In this document: positions 8,159 through 15,771 of the stretch, piece by piece
Layout of the letters: each line of letters starts with the position of its first letter
How positions within the stretch are numbered: position 1 is the stretch's first letter
Source of the DNA: a virus
Lineage: Duplodnaviria > Caudoviricetes
Length of the DNA stretch: 35,800 nucleotides
Direction: 5' to 3' (one strand)
Virus record (IMG/VR): IMGVR_UViG_3300037484_000176
Location: 1 to 35,800 of that record
Made by a program: the position numbers and the translations under genes
Notes under the pieces: generated by a model
Seen by the model: only the letters and a program-made list of their open reading frames with translations
What the model was told of the DNA's origin: nothing
The model's database searches: none

Positions 8159-8467
8159 TCAATTGCACCGTGCCACACACCTGCCGTGTGCCGCAGCGCA
8201 GTTGGCAATACATTGGCTGCTGTTCTCACATTGGCTAATGCAAATCCCCTGCTCGCTGGCGCAGTCTCCCATGCACTGCCCAATATCGTTTATTGCGAGA
8301 AGCATTGTTTCCAAACTTCGCCCGGAAGAATGGCGGTCTCCATTACGGCTTTGTTCGCATCGGTTGCTGATGGATAGACTTGCTGTTTCTGTCGCGCTCT
8401 CGGTAATCGAGTTTGCAAATGCACTTGCGCTAATCGCCATGAGCAATACTGCAAGAATGTTTTTCAT
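8159..8467 (-). CDS. Small secreted cysteine-rich protein
   Basis: Signal peptide MKNILAVLLMAISASAFA; C-terminus with four Cx3C pairs; GGGGAG SD; lower GC than the flanks. Confidence 0.85.
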   Translation of the reverse strand: MKNILAVLLMAISASAFANSITESATETASLSISNRCEQSRNGDRHSSGRSLETMLLAINDIGQCMGDCASEQGICISQCENSSQCIANCAAAHGRCVARCN

Positions 8468-8518
8468 AGTGGCTCCCCTTATGTGTTGCGGCAAGAAGAC
8501 GGCGCTGCCGCTGTGCGC

Positions 8519-8764
8519 CTATTCGTCGTCATTCCGCGCCCGGATGGCTATGTCGTCAGATAGCATGCAGACGACGCCCAAGGCGAACAGCGGGTTTCTG
8601 TACGCTTCGCCAGCCGTGTCGACGATACACGAACGCCGCTTCATCATCGCACCGTAAGCGATCCCGATCAATTCCCCGCGCCTGGCCTCATGTAACAGAA
8701 ACTCCAGCGCCTCCACCGTGTCATGAGATACCGCTTCCCTGACGATGGAGAACGGGGCTTTCAT
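8519..8764 (-). CDS. Conserved hypothetical protein in the immunity operon
   Basis: SHDTVEALEFLLHEARRGELIGIAYG; ATGA-coupled to cI. Confidence 0.8.
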   Translation of the reverse strand: MKAPFSIVREAVSHDTVEALEFLLHEARRGELIGIAYGAMMKRRSCIVDTAGEAYRNPLFALGVVCMLSDDIAIRARNDDE

Positions 8765-9186
8765 TTGTCCGGCCCCAAGGCGCGTGATTTTTTTGCCTTT
8801 CCCTTTTCTCTTGGCGGGCCGCCAGTAACGGCGGTGGCTGGGCGCGTTGGCGGCGGACGCGAAGCCTGATCGATCACTCCTTGAAGCGCGTCAATCATGC
8901 CGTCAGAAACGTCCTGACTTGCAATTCTCCGGATCAGGTCGCGCCGCTGCGCAGACAGTCCAGCCCAAGCGTCCCCCTGCGCGCTGACCGGTACGGCCGC
9001 ATCAAGCGGAGTGTCCAAGTACATCGATGGCATGTCATAGGTCTTTTCCAGCCGACGCGCGGCCTTCTCCCCGAATGACGCCTTCCCCTTTTTTAGTTGG
9101 GATAGGTAGCTCTTTTCTTCTTCCGGCATTGCCATGTCTTTGAACCACAACGCAAGACGGGCGCGCCTGATTTCTACTATTTCCAT
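8761..9186 (-). CDS. cI: CI-like repressor (141 aa, HTH, no S24 peptidase domain)
   Basis: MEIVEIRRARL...SYLSQLKKGKASFGEKAARRLEKTYDMPSMYLD is a phage repressor N-domain; divergent from the cro-like gene. Confidence 0.85.
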   Translation of the reverse strand: MEIVEIRRARLALWFKDMAMPEEEKSYLSQLKKGKASFGEKAARRLEKTYDMPSMYLDTPLDAAVPVSAQGDAWAGLSAQRRDLIRRIASQDVSDGMIDALQGVIDQASRPPPTRPATAVTGGPPREKGKAKKSRALGPDK

Positions 9187-9261
9187 GCCGTCAGTTTGTT
9201 TAGTGTCCGCTGAAGAAGCAAACGCTTGACAATACGGTTTAGCAGATACTAAACTGCGTTC
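9187..9261. promoter_or_regulatory. OR region: PR, PRM and two operators
   Basis: PR: TTGACA (9226-9231), 18 bp, TAAACT (9250-9255). PRM on minus: TTGCTT (9221-9216), 17 bp, CAAACT (9198-9193). Operators GTTTAG-CAGATA-CTAAAC (9237-9254) and GTTTAG-TGTCCG-CTGAAG (9198-9215). Confidence 0.82.
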
Positions 9262-9507
9262 ATGGACCTCAAAACATTTATCCAGACCAGCAAGCGCGGC
9301 ACTGCAAAGCGCCTGTCCGAGCAGATGGGAATTTCTGCTTCGTACCTTTCCCAGGTCGCATCGAGCGAGAACTTGCGCACCCCTGAGATGTGCGTGCAGA
9401 TCGAGCGCCTGACCCTCGGGGCCGTGCCGCGTCAACATTTGCGCACCAACTGGATGGACGTATGGCCGGAGATTTCGTCCATCCCTGCTGAGAAAGACGC
9501 CGCCTGA
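9262..9507 (+). CDS. cro: Cro/YdaS-like regulator
   Basis: AKRLSEQMGISASYLSQVAS...CVQIERLTLGAVPRQHLR..WMDVWPE. Confidence 0.9.
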   Translation: MDLKTFIQTSKRGTAKRLSEQMGISASYLSQVASSENLRTPEMCVQIERLTLGAVPRQHLRTNWMDVWPEISSIPAEKDAA

Positions 9508-9674
9508 TGGCCTTCGGATTCAACACATCCTCCCGCCTGCTTCGGCAGGCTTTCGCCTCGGGCATGCGCCGGGGCTTTTTTATGCAAAGCCGCGCGTCGG
9601 GCATCGTCCCACACGTGCAGCCACTTCCGGATCGGCTGCAAGTCGCCCGATTCAAACAAGTCCAGTTGTTCCAT
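9432..9674 (-). CDS. Possible antisense small protein between cro and cII
   Basis: Strong SD GAGGAG before ATG 9674; starts MEQLDLF; overlaps the cro 3' end antisense. Confidence 0.45.
   Translation of the reverse strand: MEQLDLFESGDLQPIRKWLHVWDDARRAALHKKAPAHARGESLPKQAGGCVESEGHQAASFSAGMDEISGHTSIQLVRKC
9555..9581 (+). terminator. tR1-like intrinsic terminator
   Basis: GCCTCGG-gcatgcg-CCGGGGC followed by T6. Confidence 0.6.
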
Positions 9675-9690
9675 TTCGCTCTCCTCAATC

Positions 9691-9996
9691 ATGGCTCCAG
9701 TGTCGGCGACGCCTGCTGAAAGGGCGAGAAAGGGCGCTCAACTCGCGTTGCAGCGGCTGCAAGAGCCTGGGACGGCTGCGCATGTTGCTGTTTCTATGGG
9801 TATTTCTGAGTCTACGATTTCGCGCGTCAAGAACGAGCGCTTGGAAGAGACGCTGCTGATGCTGGCCCACCTTGGGCTGAAGGTCGTGCCGTCCGATTTC
9901 AAGTGCGTCAGTCGAGAGACCTATGAGTTTCTGACCGCGACGCACCAGCGTGTGATGCAGGTCGCGCCTGAGCTTGTTTGGGATGTGGAGGATTGA
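9691..9996 (+). CDS. cII: CII-like transcriptional activator
   Basis: ERARK...VAVSMGISESTISRVK...LAHLGLKVVP; position after cro. Confidence 0.88.
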   Translation: MAPVSATPAERARKGAQLALQRLQEPGTAAHVAVSMGISESTISRVKNERLEETLLMLAHLGLKVVPSDFKCVSRETYEFLTATHQRVMQVAPELVWDVED

Positions 9997-10187
9997 AATG
10001 CGAGTGTCCCGCGTGCTCCGCCTTACCGAGTCCCAGCTACTCGCCCGAGTTCCGGCTGCAGGCCGAGGCAAAGCACATTCTCCAGTGGCCGCTGGCGCGG
10101 CGCCGTGCCTATCTGGCAGCCAAGCCGGTGCAGGGCAGGCGGGCGGAACTGGAAGCGGAAATGAAAAGACAGTGGGCGGAGAAGTGA
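9993..10187 (+). CDS. Hypothetical protein
   Basis: TTG start overlapping the cII stop; CECPAC...EAKHILQWPLARRRAYL...EMKRQW. Confidence 0.7.
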   Translation: MKCECPACSALPSPSYSPEFRLQAEAKHILQWPLARRRAYLAAKPVQGRRAELEAEMKRQWAEK

Positions 10188-10516
10188 TTTTGCCGTGGCC
10201 ACCGAAGGATTTGTCGCCCAATTCCCGGGTGCATTTCATGGCGCTATCGCGTGCCAAAAAGAAATACCGGATGCAGTGCTACCTGCTGACGAAGGCTGCC
10301 GGCCTGCGCGCGTCCGGGCGTGTGAGTCTGTCAGTTGAGTTCCGTCCGCCCGTGCGCCGCAAATGGGATGACGACAATCTTGTCGCCATGCTGAAGGCCG
10401 GGCGCGATGGCATGGCCGACGCAATTGGCATCAACGACAACCTGTTTTCCATGCTGCCGCCCGTGATCGGCGAACCCATTGCGGGCGGCGCGGTAATCGT
10501 GAGGGTTTCCACATGA
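10184..10516 (+). CDS. RusA-like Holliday junction resolvase
   Basis: LPWPP..LSPN...RRKWDDDNL...KAGRDGMADAIGINDN; GTG start overlapping the upstream stop. Confidence 0.85.
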   Translation: MILPWPPKDLSPNSRVHFMALSRAKKKYRMQCYLLTKAAGLRASGRVSLSVEFRPPVRRKWDDDNLVAMLKAGRDGMADAIGINDNLFSMLPPVIGEPIAGGAVIVRVST

Positions 10517-10617
10517 TGACGTTGCTCAAAGTAGCCGGCGCGCTGCTGGCCTGGTCGGCTCTGGTGGTGCTGGTGCTGTCGATGTTCGGGATTAATGAAC
10601 CGGAGGCGGGGGAGTGA
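10513..10617 (+). CDS. Small membrane peptide (34 aa)
   Basis: MMTLLKVAGALLAWSALVVLVLSMFGINEPEAGE; overlaps both neighbours. Confidence 0.6.
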   Translation: MMTLLKVAGALLAWSALVVLVLSMFGINEPEAGE

Positions 10618-11228
10618 TGCGTTGCGCCGCGCTCTTTGTGCAGGAAGATGGTTGCTATGCAGGGCGGCCAGATATTGACGCTTGGCCAGAGCAGCGGGAC
10701 GCGAGGCGCTACAGCGGCCCGCTGCCGGTAGTGGCGCACCCGCCTTGCCAGTTGTGGGGCGCGATGGCTGCGGTGAACTTTGCACGATGGGGCGGTGAAC
10801 ACAACAGACCGGGGAATGACGGCGGCTGCTTTGCCGCCGCACTGGATAGCGTGAGGCACTTCGGTGGAGTTCTTGAGCATCCGGCCAAGAGCCGGGCTTT
10901 CGCTGCGCACGGAATAGCAGCGCCGGCCGGAATTGGCTGGCAGCAAACAACTTGTGGCGGATGGGTTTGCGAGGTTTGGCAATCGGCCTACGGGCATCGA
11001 GCCAACAAGGCTACATGGCTTTATTACTGCGGCACGAACCCGCCGTTTGATCTTCGTTGGGCGAGGCCGGTAGGGACGCATCAAATCGGTTTTCATGACC
11101 GGCGAGGGAAGGCGGCGAACAAGCCGACTCTCGGCAAGAGAGAGGCGAACGCCACGCCACATGAATTCCGGGACGAACTGCTGCGCCTGGCAATGGCAGC
11201 GCATAAGGGGAACGTCTCATGCGCATAG
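10617..11228 (+). CDS. Short C5-cytosine methyltransferase-like protein
   Basis: AHPPCQ (motif IV PC), VLEHP (motif VI-like), YGHRANKATWL. Confidence 0.65.
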   Translation: MRCAALFVQEDGCYAGRPDIDAWPEQRDARRYSGPLPVVAHPPCQLWGAMAAVNFARWGGEHNRPGNDGGCFAAALDSVRHFGGVLEHPAKSRAFAAHGIAAPAGIGWQQTTCGGWVCEVWQSAYGHRANKATWLYYCGTNPPFDLRWARPVGTHQIGFHDRRGKAANKPTLGKREANATPHEFRDELLRLAMAAHKGNVSCA

Positions 11229-11518
11229 CCCAATCCTTCACCGCCTGCGACGCCTACGCTGCCCACCACGCCACCGGCAAGGCGTCGGCACAGTGCGCCC
11301 GCATCCTGGGCTTTATCGCGTCCCGTGGTGGCGACTGGTCAATCGGCGAGGTCGCGCACGCGCTGGGGCTGGAGAAGTCCACCGTGAGCGCCCGCATGAA
11401 TGAGCTGCTGGCGACCGGCGAACTTGAGGCCAAGCCTAACCGCAAAGACCGCCGAAGCGGCATCACTGTGCGGCCTGTTGGCTTGCCGGTGATGGGGCAG
11501 ATGGAGTTGATCGCATGA
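11219..11518 (+). CDS. Winged HTH protein
   Basis: WSIGEVAHALGLEKSTVSARMNELLATGEL. Confidence 0.85.
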   Translation: MRIAQSFTACDAYAAHHATGKASAQCARILGFIASRGGDWSIGEVAHALGLEKSTVSARMNELLATGELEAKPNRKDRRSGITVRPVGLPVMGQMELIA

Positions 11519-11631
11519 ATAGCTGGCTGGCGCTGTTCCTGCTGCAGACCGACATGCTGATGCTCGGCGCTCGGTTATCCTGGGATGCTCGCCAGCTCAC
11601 CCTGGACGCGCTCAGAAGGGCGATGTCGTGA
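11515..11631 (+). CDS. Small hypothetical protein (38 aa)
   Basis: Fills the gap with 4-nt overlaps at both ends. Confidence 0.5.
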   Translation: MNSWLALFLLQTDMLMLGARLSWDARQLTLDALRRAMS

Positions 11632-12458
11632 GCGTGCGCGTGATGTCCCTCGTGTGGGACAACTTCAACCGGGGCGGATCCGAGAAGCTGGCCATGCTGG
11701 CCCTTGCCGACTGGTGTAATGACCAGGGCGGCAGTTTGCATCCGTCCGTGGCAACGGTGGCCAGGAAGATCAACCTGACCGAAAAGCAGGCTCGGGTGAT
11801 TCTTCATCGGCTGATCGACGAGGGGTGGCTGGCGGTAATCGGCAACGAATTTGGCGGCAATCCTGGGCAGTCTCGACAGTATCGGCTGAACGTCGAAAAG
11901 CTGTTAACCCCTCCCGCCGAGGTTAGCCCTACCCCTCCCGTAGACGTTACCCCTCCCGTAGACGTTACCCCTCCCGTAGACGTTACCCCTCCCGCCGAAG
12001 TGACCCCTCCCGTGGAGGTTCGTGACCCCTCCCGTGGAGGTTCGTTTACCCCTCCCGTGGACGGGAGCCAATCCACCATAGAACCACCAATAGAACCACC
12101 AGTAGTAACCCCCCTACCCCCTGACGCGGTTGAAGACAGGTTCATGGAGTTCTGGACTGCATACCCGAAGAAGGTCGGCAAGGAGGCTGCGCGCAAGGTG
12201 TGGGTGAAGGTCAAAAAACCCGCCGAATCGCTCGATGCAATCTTGATCGCACTGGCCTGGCAGTCGAAGTCCGCACAGTGGACGAAGAGCCATGGCCAGT
12301 TCATCCCCAACCCGTCGACCTACCTGAGTCAGCAGCGTTGGCTTGACGAGCCGCCCGTCGTCACCACGCCGAAGCTGACGGCCGTAGGCCAGAAAAGCGC
12401 CAGTGCGGCGAGCCGCTGGCTTGATTCGCAGGGATTCCAAATGGAGAAAACCGTATGA
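11628..12458 (+). CDS. Replication initiator (lambda O-like, N-terminal HTH)
   Basis: EKLAMLALADWCND...PSVATVA; C-domain FMEFWTAYPKKVGK...FIPNPSTYLSQQRWLDE; internal iterons. Confidence 0.92.
   Translation: MSVRVMSLVWDNFNRGGSEKLAMLALADWCNDQGGSLHPSVATVARKINLTEKQARVILHRLIDEGWLAVIGNEFGGNPGQSRQYRLNVEKLLTPPAEVSPTPPVDVTPPVDVTPPVDVTPPAEVTPPVEVRDPSRGGSFTPPVDGSQSTIEPPIEPPVVTPLPPDAVEDRFMEFWTAYPKKVGKEAARKVWVKVKKPAESLDAILIALAWQSKSAQWTKSHGQFIPNPSTYLSQQRWLDEPPVVTTPKLTAVGQKSASAASRWLDSQGFQMEKTV
11907..12067 (+). repeat. Replication origin iterons
   Basis: Eight copies of ACCCCTCCCG at 11907, 11931, 11949, 11967, 11985, 12003, 12025 and 12048 (mostly 18-bp period), ending in the inverted repeat CTCCCGT-GG-ACGGGAG. 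Confidence 0.88.
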
Positions 12459-13111
12459 GGCACGAAGACAAACCGGATTTTGCCGGCCTGATGGTATCGA
12501 TCGGCGAGTATTACGGGCGCGAAATCAGCGATGGCCTGATGGATATGTACTGGCATGGGCTGCAGCACTACGATCTGGCCGCCGTGCGTGATGCGCTGAA
12601 CCGCCATGTCTCCAACCCTGACAGCGGGCAGTTCATGCCGAAGATTGCCGACATCACCAAGATGCTGGGTGGCACGACGCAGGACTCTGCGCTGCGGGCA
12701 TGGGCCAAGGTCGACCAGGCGGTGCGGCGGGTCGGGACTTACCGAGACGTGGCTTTCGATGACCCGCTGATTCACCGCGTTCTGCATGACATGGGCGGCT
12801 GGGTTGCGATGGGGCAGAAGACCGAGGACGAATGGCCGTTCGTCGCCAAGGAGTTCGAGAACCGCTATCGCGGCTTCCGGGCACGCTCGGAGACGCCGGA
12901 ATACCCGCCTGTCCTGAACGGCATCGCCGGGATGCACAACCGCCAGCAGGGGCACCAGATCGAGCCGCCGATGCTGATCGGCAATCCGACGCTGGCGCAG
13001 CAGGTGATGAAACTCGGCAGCGAGAAGCCGATGATCGGATTCACACAGGCCGGCGCCGTTGGTGCTGACTTGCGGCTGGTGAGCGACCAGCGCGACGAGG
13101 GCGCCGCATGA
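12455..13111 (+). CDS. DUF6475 protein, probable helicase loader (lambda P position)
   Basis: GQFMPKIADI...AWAKV...FDDPLIHRVLHDMGGW...F.NRY; follows the initiator. Confidence 0.8.
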   Translation: MRHEDKPDFAGLMVSIGEYYGREISDGLMDMYWHGLQHYDLAAVRDALNRHVSNPDSGQFMPKIADITKMLGGTTQDSALRAWAKVDQAVRRVGTYRDVAFDDPLIHRVLHDMGGWVAMGQKTEDEWPFVAKEFENRYRGFRARSETPEYPPVLNGIAGMHNRQQGHQIEPPMLIGNPTLAQQVMKLGSEKPMIGFTQAGAVGADLRLVSDQRDEGAA

Positions 13112-13605
13112 CCACTGCAACCAAGCCCCGCGCCCGCAAGCCCGAGCGCCTGCTGCTCACCGTCGTCAAGGGGGCGCTTGAGCCAGGCGACGGCTATACC
13201 GCCAAGCGCCTGCGTGAGCGCGGCTACAAGGTGGGCGACATCCTGCTGGCCGACCTGCGTAAACCACGCCACCCAGGCTTTCACCGCCTGGCGCACCGGC
13301 TGGGCATGCTGGTCGCCGACAACATCGATGAGTTCACCGGGCTGGACGGCCATGCCGTGCTGAAGCGCCTGCAGATCGAGGGCAACGTCGAGTGTGACGA
13401 GATCCCGCTGTTCCTCGACCTGTTGGGGCAGAAGGTCAAGATCATGCACCGGGTACCGCGCAGCCTGTCGTTCGCCAGCATGGACGAAGCGCAGTTCAAG
13501 GCGACGATCCGCCAGATTTCCAACTACATCGCCGAGACGTACTGGCCGAGCCTGACGCCGGAAGCGATCGAGGACATGGCAAGCGCCATGCCGGAGGCCG
13601 CGTAA
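13108..13605 (+). CDS. DUF1367/NinB-like protein
   Basis: KPRHPGFHR...PRSLSFASMDEAQF. Confidence 0.75.
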   Translation: MTTATKPRARKPERLLLTVVKGALEPGDGYTAKRLRERGYKVGDILLADLRKPRHPGFHRLAHRLGMLVADNIDEFTGLDGHAVLKRLQIEGNVECDEIPLFLDLLGQKVKIMHRVPRSLSFASMDEAQFKATIRQISNYIAETYWPSLTPEAIEDMASAMPEAA

Positions 13606-13781
13606 TGCCGACCGTCTACCCAGCCGACCCCTGCCAACCACCCCACGCCATCGCCAAGACCGTGCGCGAACTGCGCCTTGAAGCCATGCTTGCCGAAACC
13701 CTGCCCTATCTGCTGGTGATCGAGCAGCCCGGGGACAAGTTGCTGGACCTGATTGAGCGGGTTGTGGGGGAAACGAAGTGA
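13605..13781 (+). CDS. Hypothetical protein (58 aa)
   Basis: Manual translation MPTVYPADPCQPPHAIAKTVRELRLEAMLAETLPYLL...; overlaps both neighbours. Confidence 0.6.
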   Translation: MPTVYPADPCQPPHAIAKTVRELRLEAMLAETLPYLLVIEQPGDKLLDLIERVVGETK

Positions 13782-14071
13782 GCAAAATCACGGCCAGCGC
13801 CCGCGGCGAGGAATGCCAGGTCCGCATCCCAGGCGTTTGCACCTTCGACCCAGCTACGACGATCTGGAGCCACGCCCGCCACGGATCGGCAGGCAAGGGC
13901 AAGGGAATCAAGGCGCTCGACATTTGCGGCGCCTATGCCTGTACAGCCTGTGACGCGGCCTATGACCAGCTTATCGGCGTGCCGCACATGACCCGCTCGG
14001 AGGTAGACCTTGACTGGTTCCACGGCCACATGCGCTCGCTGGTGATCTTGGCGAAGAAGGGGCTGATTTAA
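13778..14071 (+). CDS. DUF1364 (YbcO-like) nuclease-fold protein
   Basis: SARGEECQVRIPGVC...GKGIKALDICGAYACTACD. Confidence 0.88.
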   Translation: MSKITASARGEECQVRIPGVCTFDPATTIWSHARHGSAGKGKGIKALDICGAYACTACDAAYDQLIGVPHMTRSEVDLDWFHGHMRSLVILAKKGLI

Positions 14072-14195
14072 TGCTGCGCGAACTATCCGAACAGGCTGGA
14101 ATGAAATGAGGATTTTGCAAAACAGACCGCAAAACACGCAACAAATTGCAAAAACGCGCAAAAGCCATTCAGATCAATAGCATAGGCGGAAAAAA

Positions 14196-14570
14196 TTGAC
14201 AAGCAGCCCGGCAAACTCTCGGAAAGTTCTCCACAAAATCATCGATTCGCTGTTTTTGGAGTCGCCAAATGACCTTTCAACCGTCGAAATTGCAAAACTT
14301 TGCAATCTGCACCCCGGATTGGTCGGCGCCATCCTCACCCGATCGCCCTGGGCGACCCGCCGCAGAAGGGTCCGCATCAATCGCAACAAATGCGAAACTC
14401 GGTGGTCGGCGAGCGATGCGGCGCTGATTGACTATGCCCGGCGGCATGCTGCGCTGACGGTGCGCAAGGCGGCGCTTCTGGCGTCGAAGGGTGTGCATGC
14501 CACGCCCGACAGCAGGGGGAGGGTCACGCTGCGCTGTGGCTCGGTTACTACGATTGTTCACGCGGATTGA
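14196..14570 (+). CDS. Putative DNA-binding protein, candidate late activator (Q position)
   Basis: LSTVEIAKLCNLHPGLVGAIL is HTH-like; basic protein; TTG start uncertain. Confidence 0.55.
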   Translation: MTSSPANSRKVLHKIIDSLFLESPNDLSTVEIAKLCNLHPGLVGAILTRSPWATRRRRVRINRNKCETRWSASDAALIDYARRHAALTVRKAALLASKGVHATPDSRGRVTLRCGSVTTIVHAD

Positions 14571-14579
14571 GGGGAAGAA

Positions 14580-14954
14580 ATGTCTTTGAACAGAGAAGCA
14601 CTGGAGCGCGAATCAGAACTTGCACGGCTGGCGGCAGGCCCGGCGACCATGCCGGCGGCTGAAGAAAGCACACTCGCCCTACAGATCCGCGCCGCCGTGA
14701 CGGCCCGGGTCGAGCCGTTCGAGGTCGAGATCGTCGAGATCGAGCGCGGCGCCCGCCTCATGGTCGGCGTGGTTGGCATCAAGCAGGTATTCGGTTACCG
14801 GCGGTTCATGGCTGACGGAGAGCGCAACCAGCACACGCCTGAATCGTTTGCTGATGCCGTGGTCGAGCAGGTTCAGCAGCATGTTGGCCGGGCGATGGCG
14901 GCGCAGGCGAAGCGGGATCGGAAGGCGGCCAGGCGGATCGGGAGGGCTGGGTAA
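14580..14954 (+). CDS. Hypothetical protein
   Basis: 124 aa, GAGGGG SD, TAATG coupling to the next gene. Confidence 0.75.
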   Translation: MSLNREALERESELARLAAGPATMPAAEESTLALQIRAAVTARVEPFEVEIVEIERGARLMVGVVGIKQVFGYRRFMADGERNQHTPESFADAVVEQVQQHVGRAMAAQAKRDRKAARRIGRAG

Positions 14955-15364
14955 TGGATCACTTCGGAATCGGAGCGGCAATGCGGGGCATGGCCATGAT
15001 GTACTTTCGGTCGGCTCGCCAGACCGGCCGGACGACATCGCTGGTGGAAAGCGTGAAGGATGGCGATCGCATCATCTTTGCGGACGGCAGGGAGGCCGCG
15101 CGCGTGCGGCGCATGTGCTCGGAGCGCGGCGTGAAGGTGGATTGCATCGTGGTTGAGCCCAAGACGCCAGAGCGCGTGTTTGAGCGCGGTACACCGGAGG
15201 GACGAACCATATTCGACCATTCATGGATCGAGCAGATGTACTTGCAAGCCATTGAGCGCACACAACAGGAGATCGACCACCTTGAGCGTGAGGCATCAGG
15301 CTACGGCGAGGCGCACCGCGAAACTAAACGGCGGCACTTGGAATTTGCGAAGTGGAGGACTTGA
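14954..15364 (+). CDS. Hypothetical protein with degenerate P-loop
   Basis: SARQTGRTT...TIFDH. Confidence 0.75.
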   Translation: MDHFGIGAAMRGMAMMYFRSARQTGRTTSLVESVKDGDRIIFADGREAARVRRMCSERGVKVDCIVVEPKTPERVFERGTPEGRTIFDHSWIEQMYLQAIERTQQEIDHLEREASGYGEAHRETKRRHLEFAKWRT

Positions 15365-15393
15365 CGCCAGACCGCGCGCAATCCACAACCCAG

Positions 15394-15415
15394 GCCCGCG
15401 CACTGCGGGCTTTTT
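15394..15415 (+). terminator. Intrinsic terminator ending the early right operon
   Basis: GCCCGC-gcact-GCGGGC followed by T5. Confidence 0.85.
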
Positions 15416-15419
15416 AACG

Positions 15420-15463
15420 TGCGGTGGGGGTGCAAGGCCCGCAACCGGCAGGCTTGGCAGAAT
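15420..15463 (+). promoter_or_regulatory. Late promoter motif copy 1 (lysis cluster)
   Basis: TGCGGTGGGGGTG-N21-TTGGCAGAAT. Confidence 0.75.
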
Positions 15464-15492
15464 CAGACCATGCCGCATACCTCCCAAACTCA

Positions 15493-15771
15493 ATGAACAC
15501 ACAGCCAATCGATGTCGACGTGCTGGCCGACACCATCATCACCCGGATGAAGCAGGAACATCATGTTTTCTGGGTGGATCCCGAGGCCCACGCCGAGCAG
15601 CACGGATTTCTGGCGCTGCTGATGAAGGAGCGCGAAGAAAAGTTGGCCAGGCGAAAACGCATCGAGGAAAAGATCGCCGGCTCGGTGCTGCTGTCGACCA
15701 TATTGGTGCTCATAGGGTTGATCGGCGCGGGTGCGCTGGCATGGCTGCGGATCAAATTCGGAAAAGCCTAG
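15493..15771 (+). CDS. Membrane protein, holin/antiholin candidate
   Basis: One C-terminal TM segment with a basic tail; first gene of the lysis cluster. Confidence 0.7.
   Translation: MNTQPIDVDVLADTIITRMKQEHHVFWVDPEAHAEQHGFLALLMKEREEKLARRKRIEEKIAGSVLLSTILVLIGLIGAGALAWLRIKFGKA

Noticed and set aside
9187-9438. N-terminal extension of cI in the ORF track (225 aa)
   Set aside because: It would run across OR and cro; ATG 9186 fits the repressor N-terminus and the PRM position.
11907-12067. Regular short repeats considered as a CRISPR array
   Set aside because: Units are about 18 bp with no unique spacers, lie in frame within the initiator, and there are no cas genes; these are iterons.
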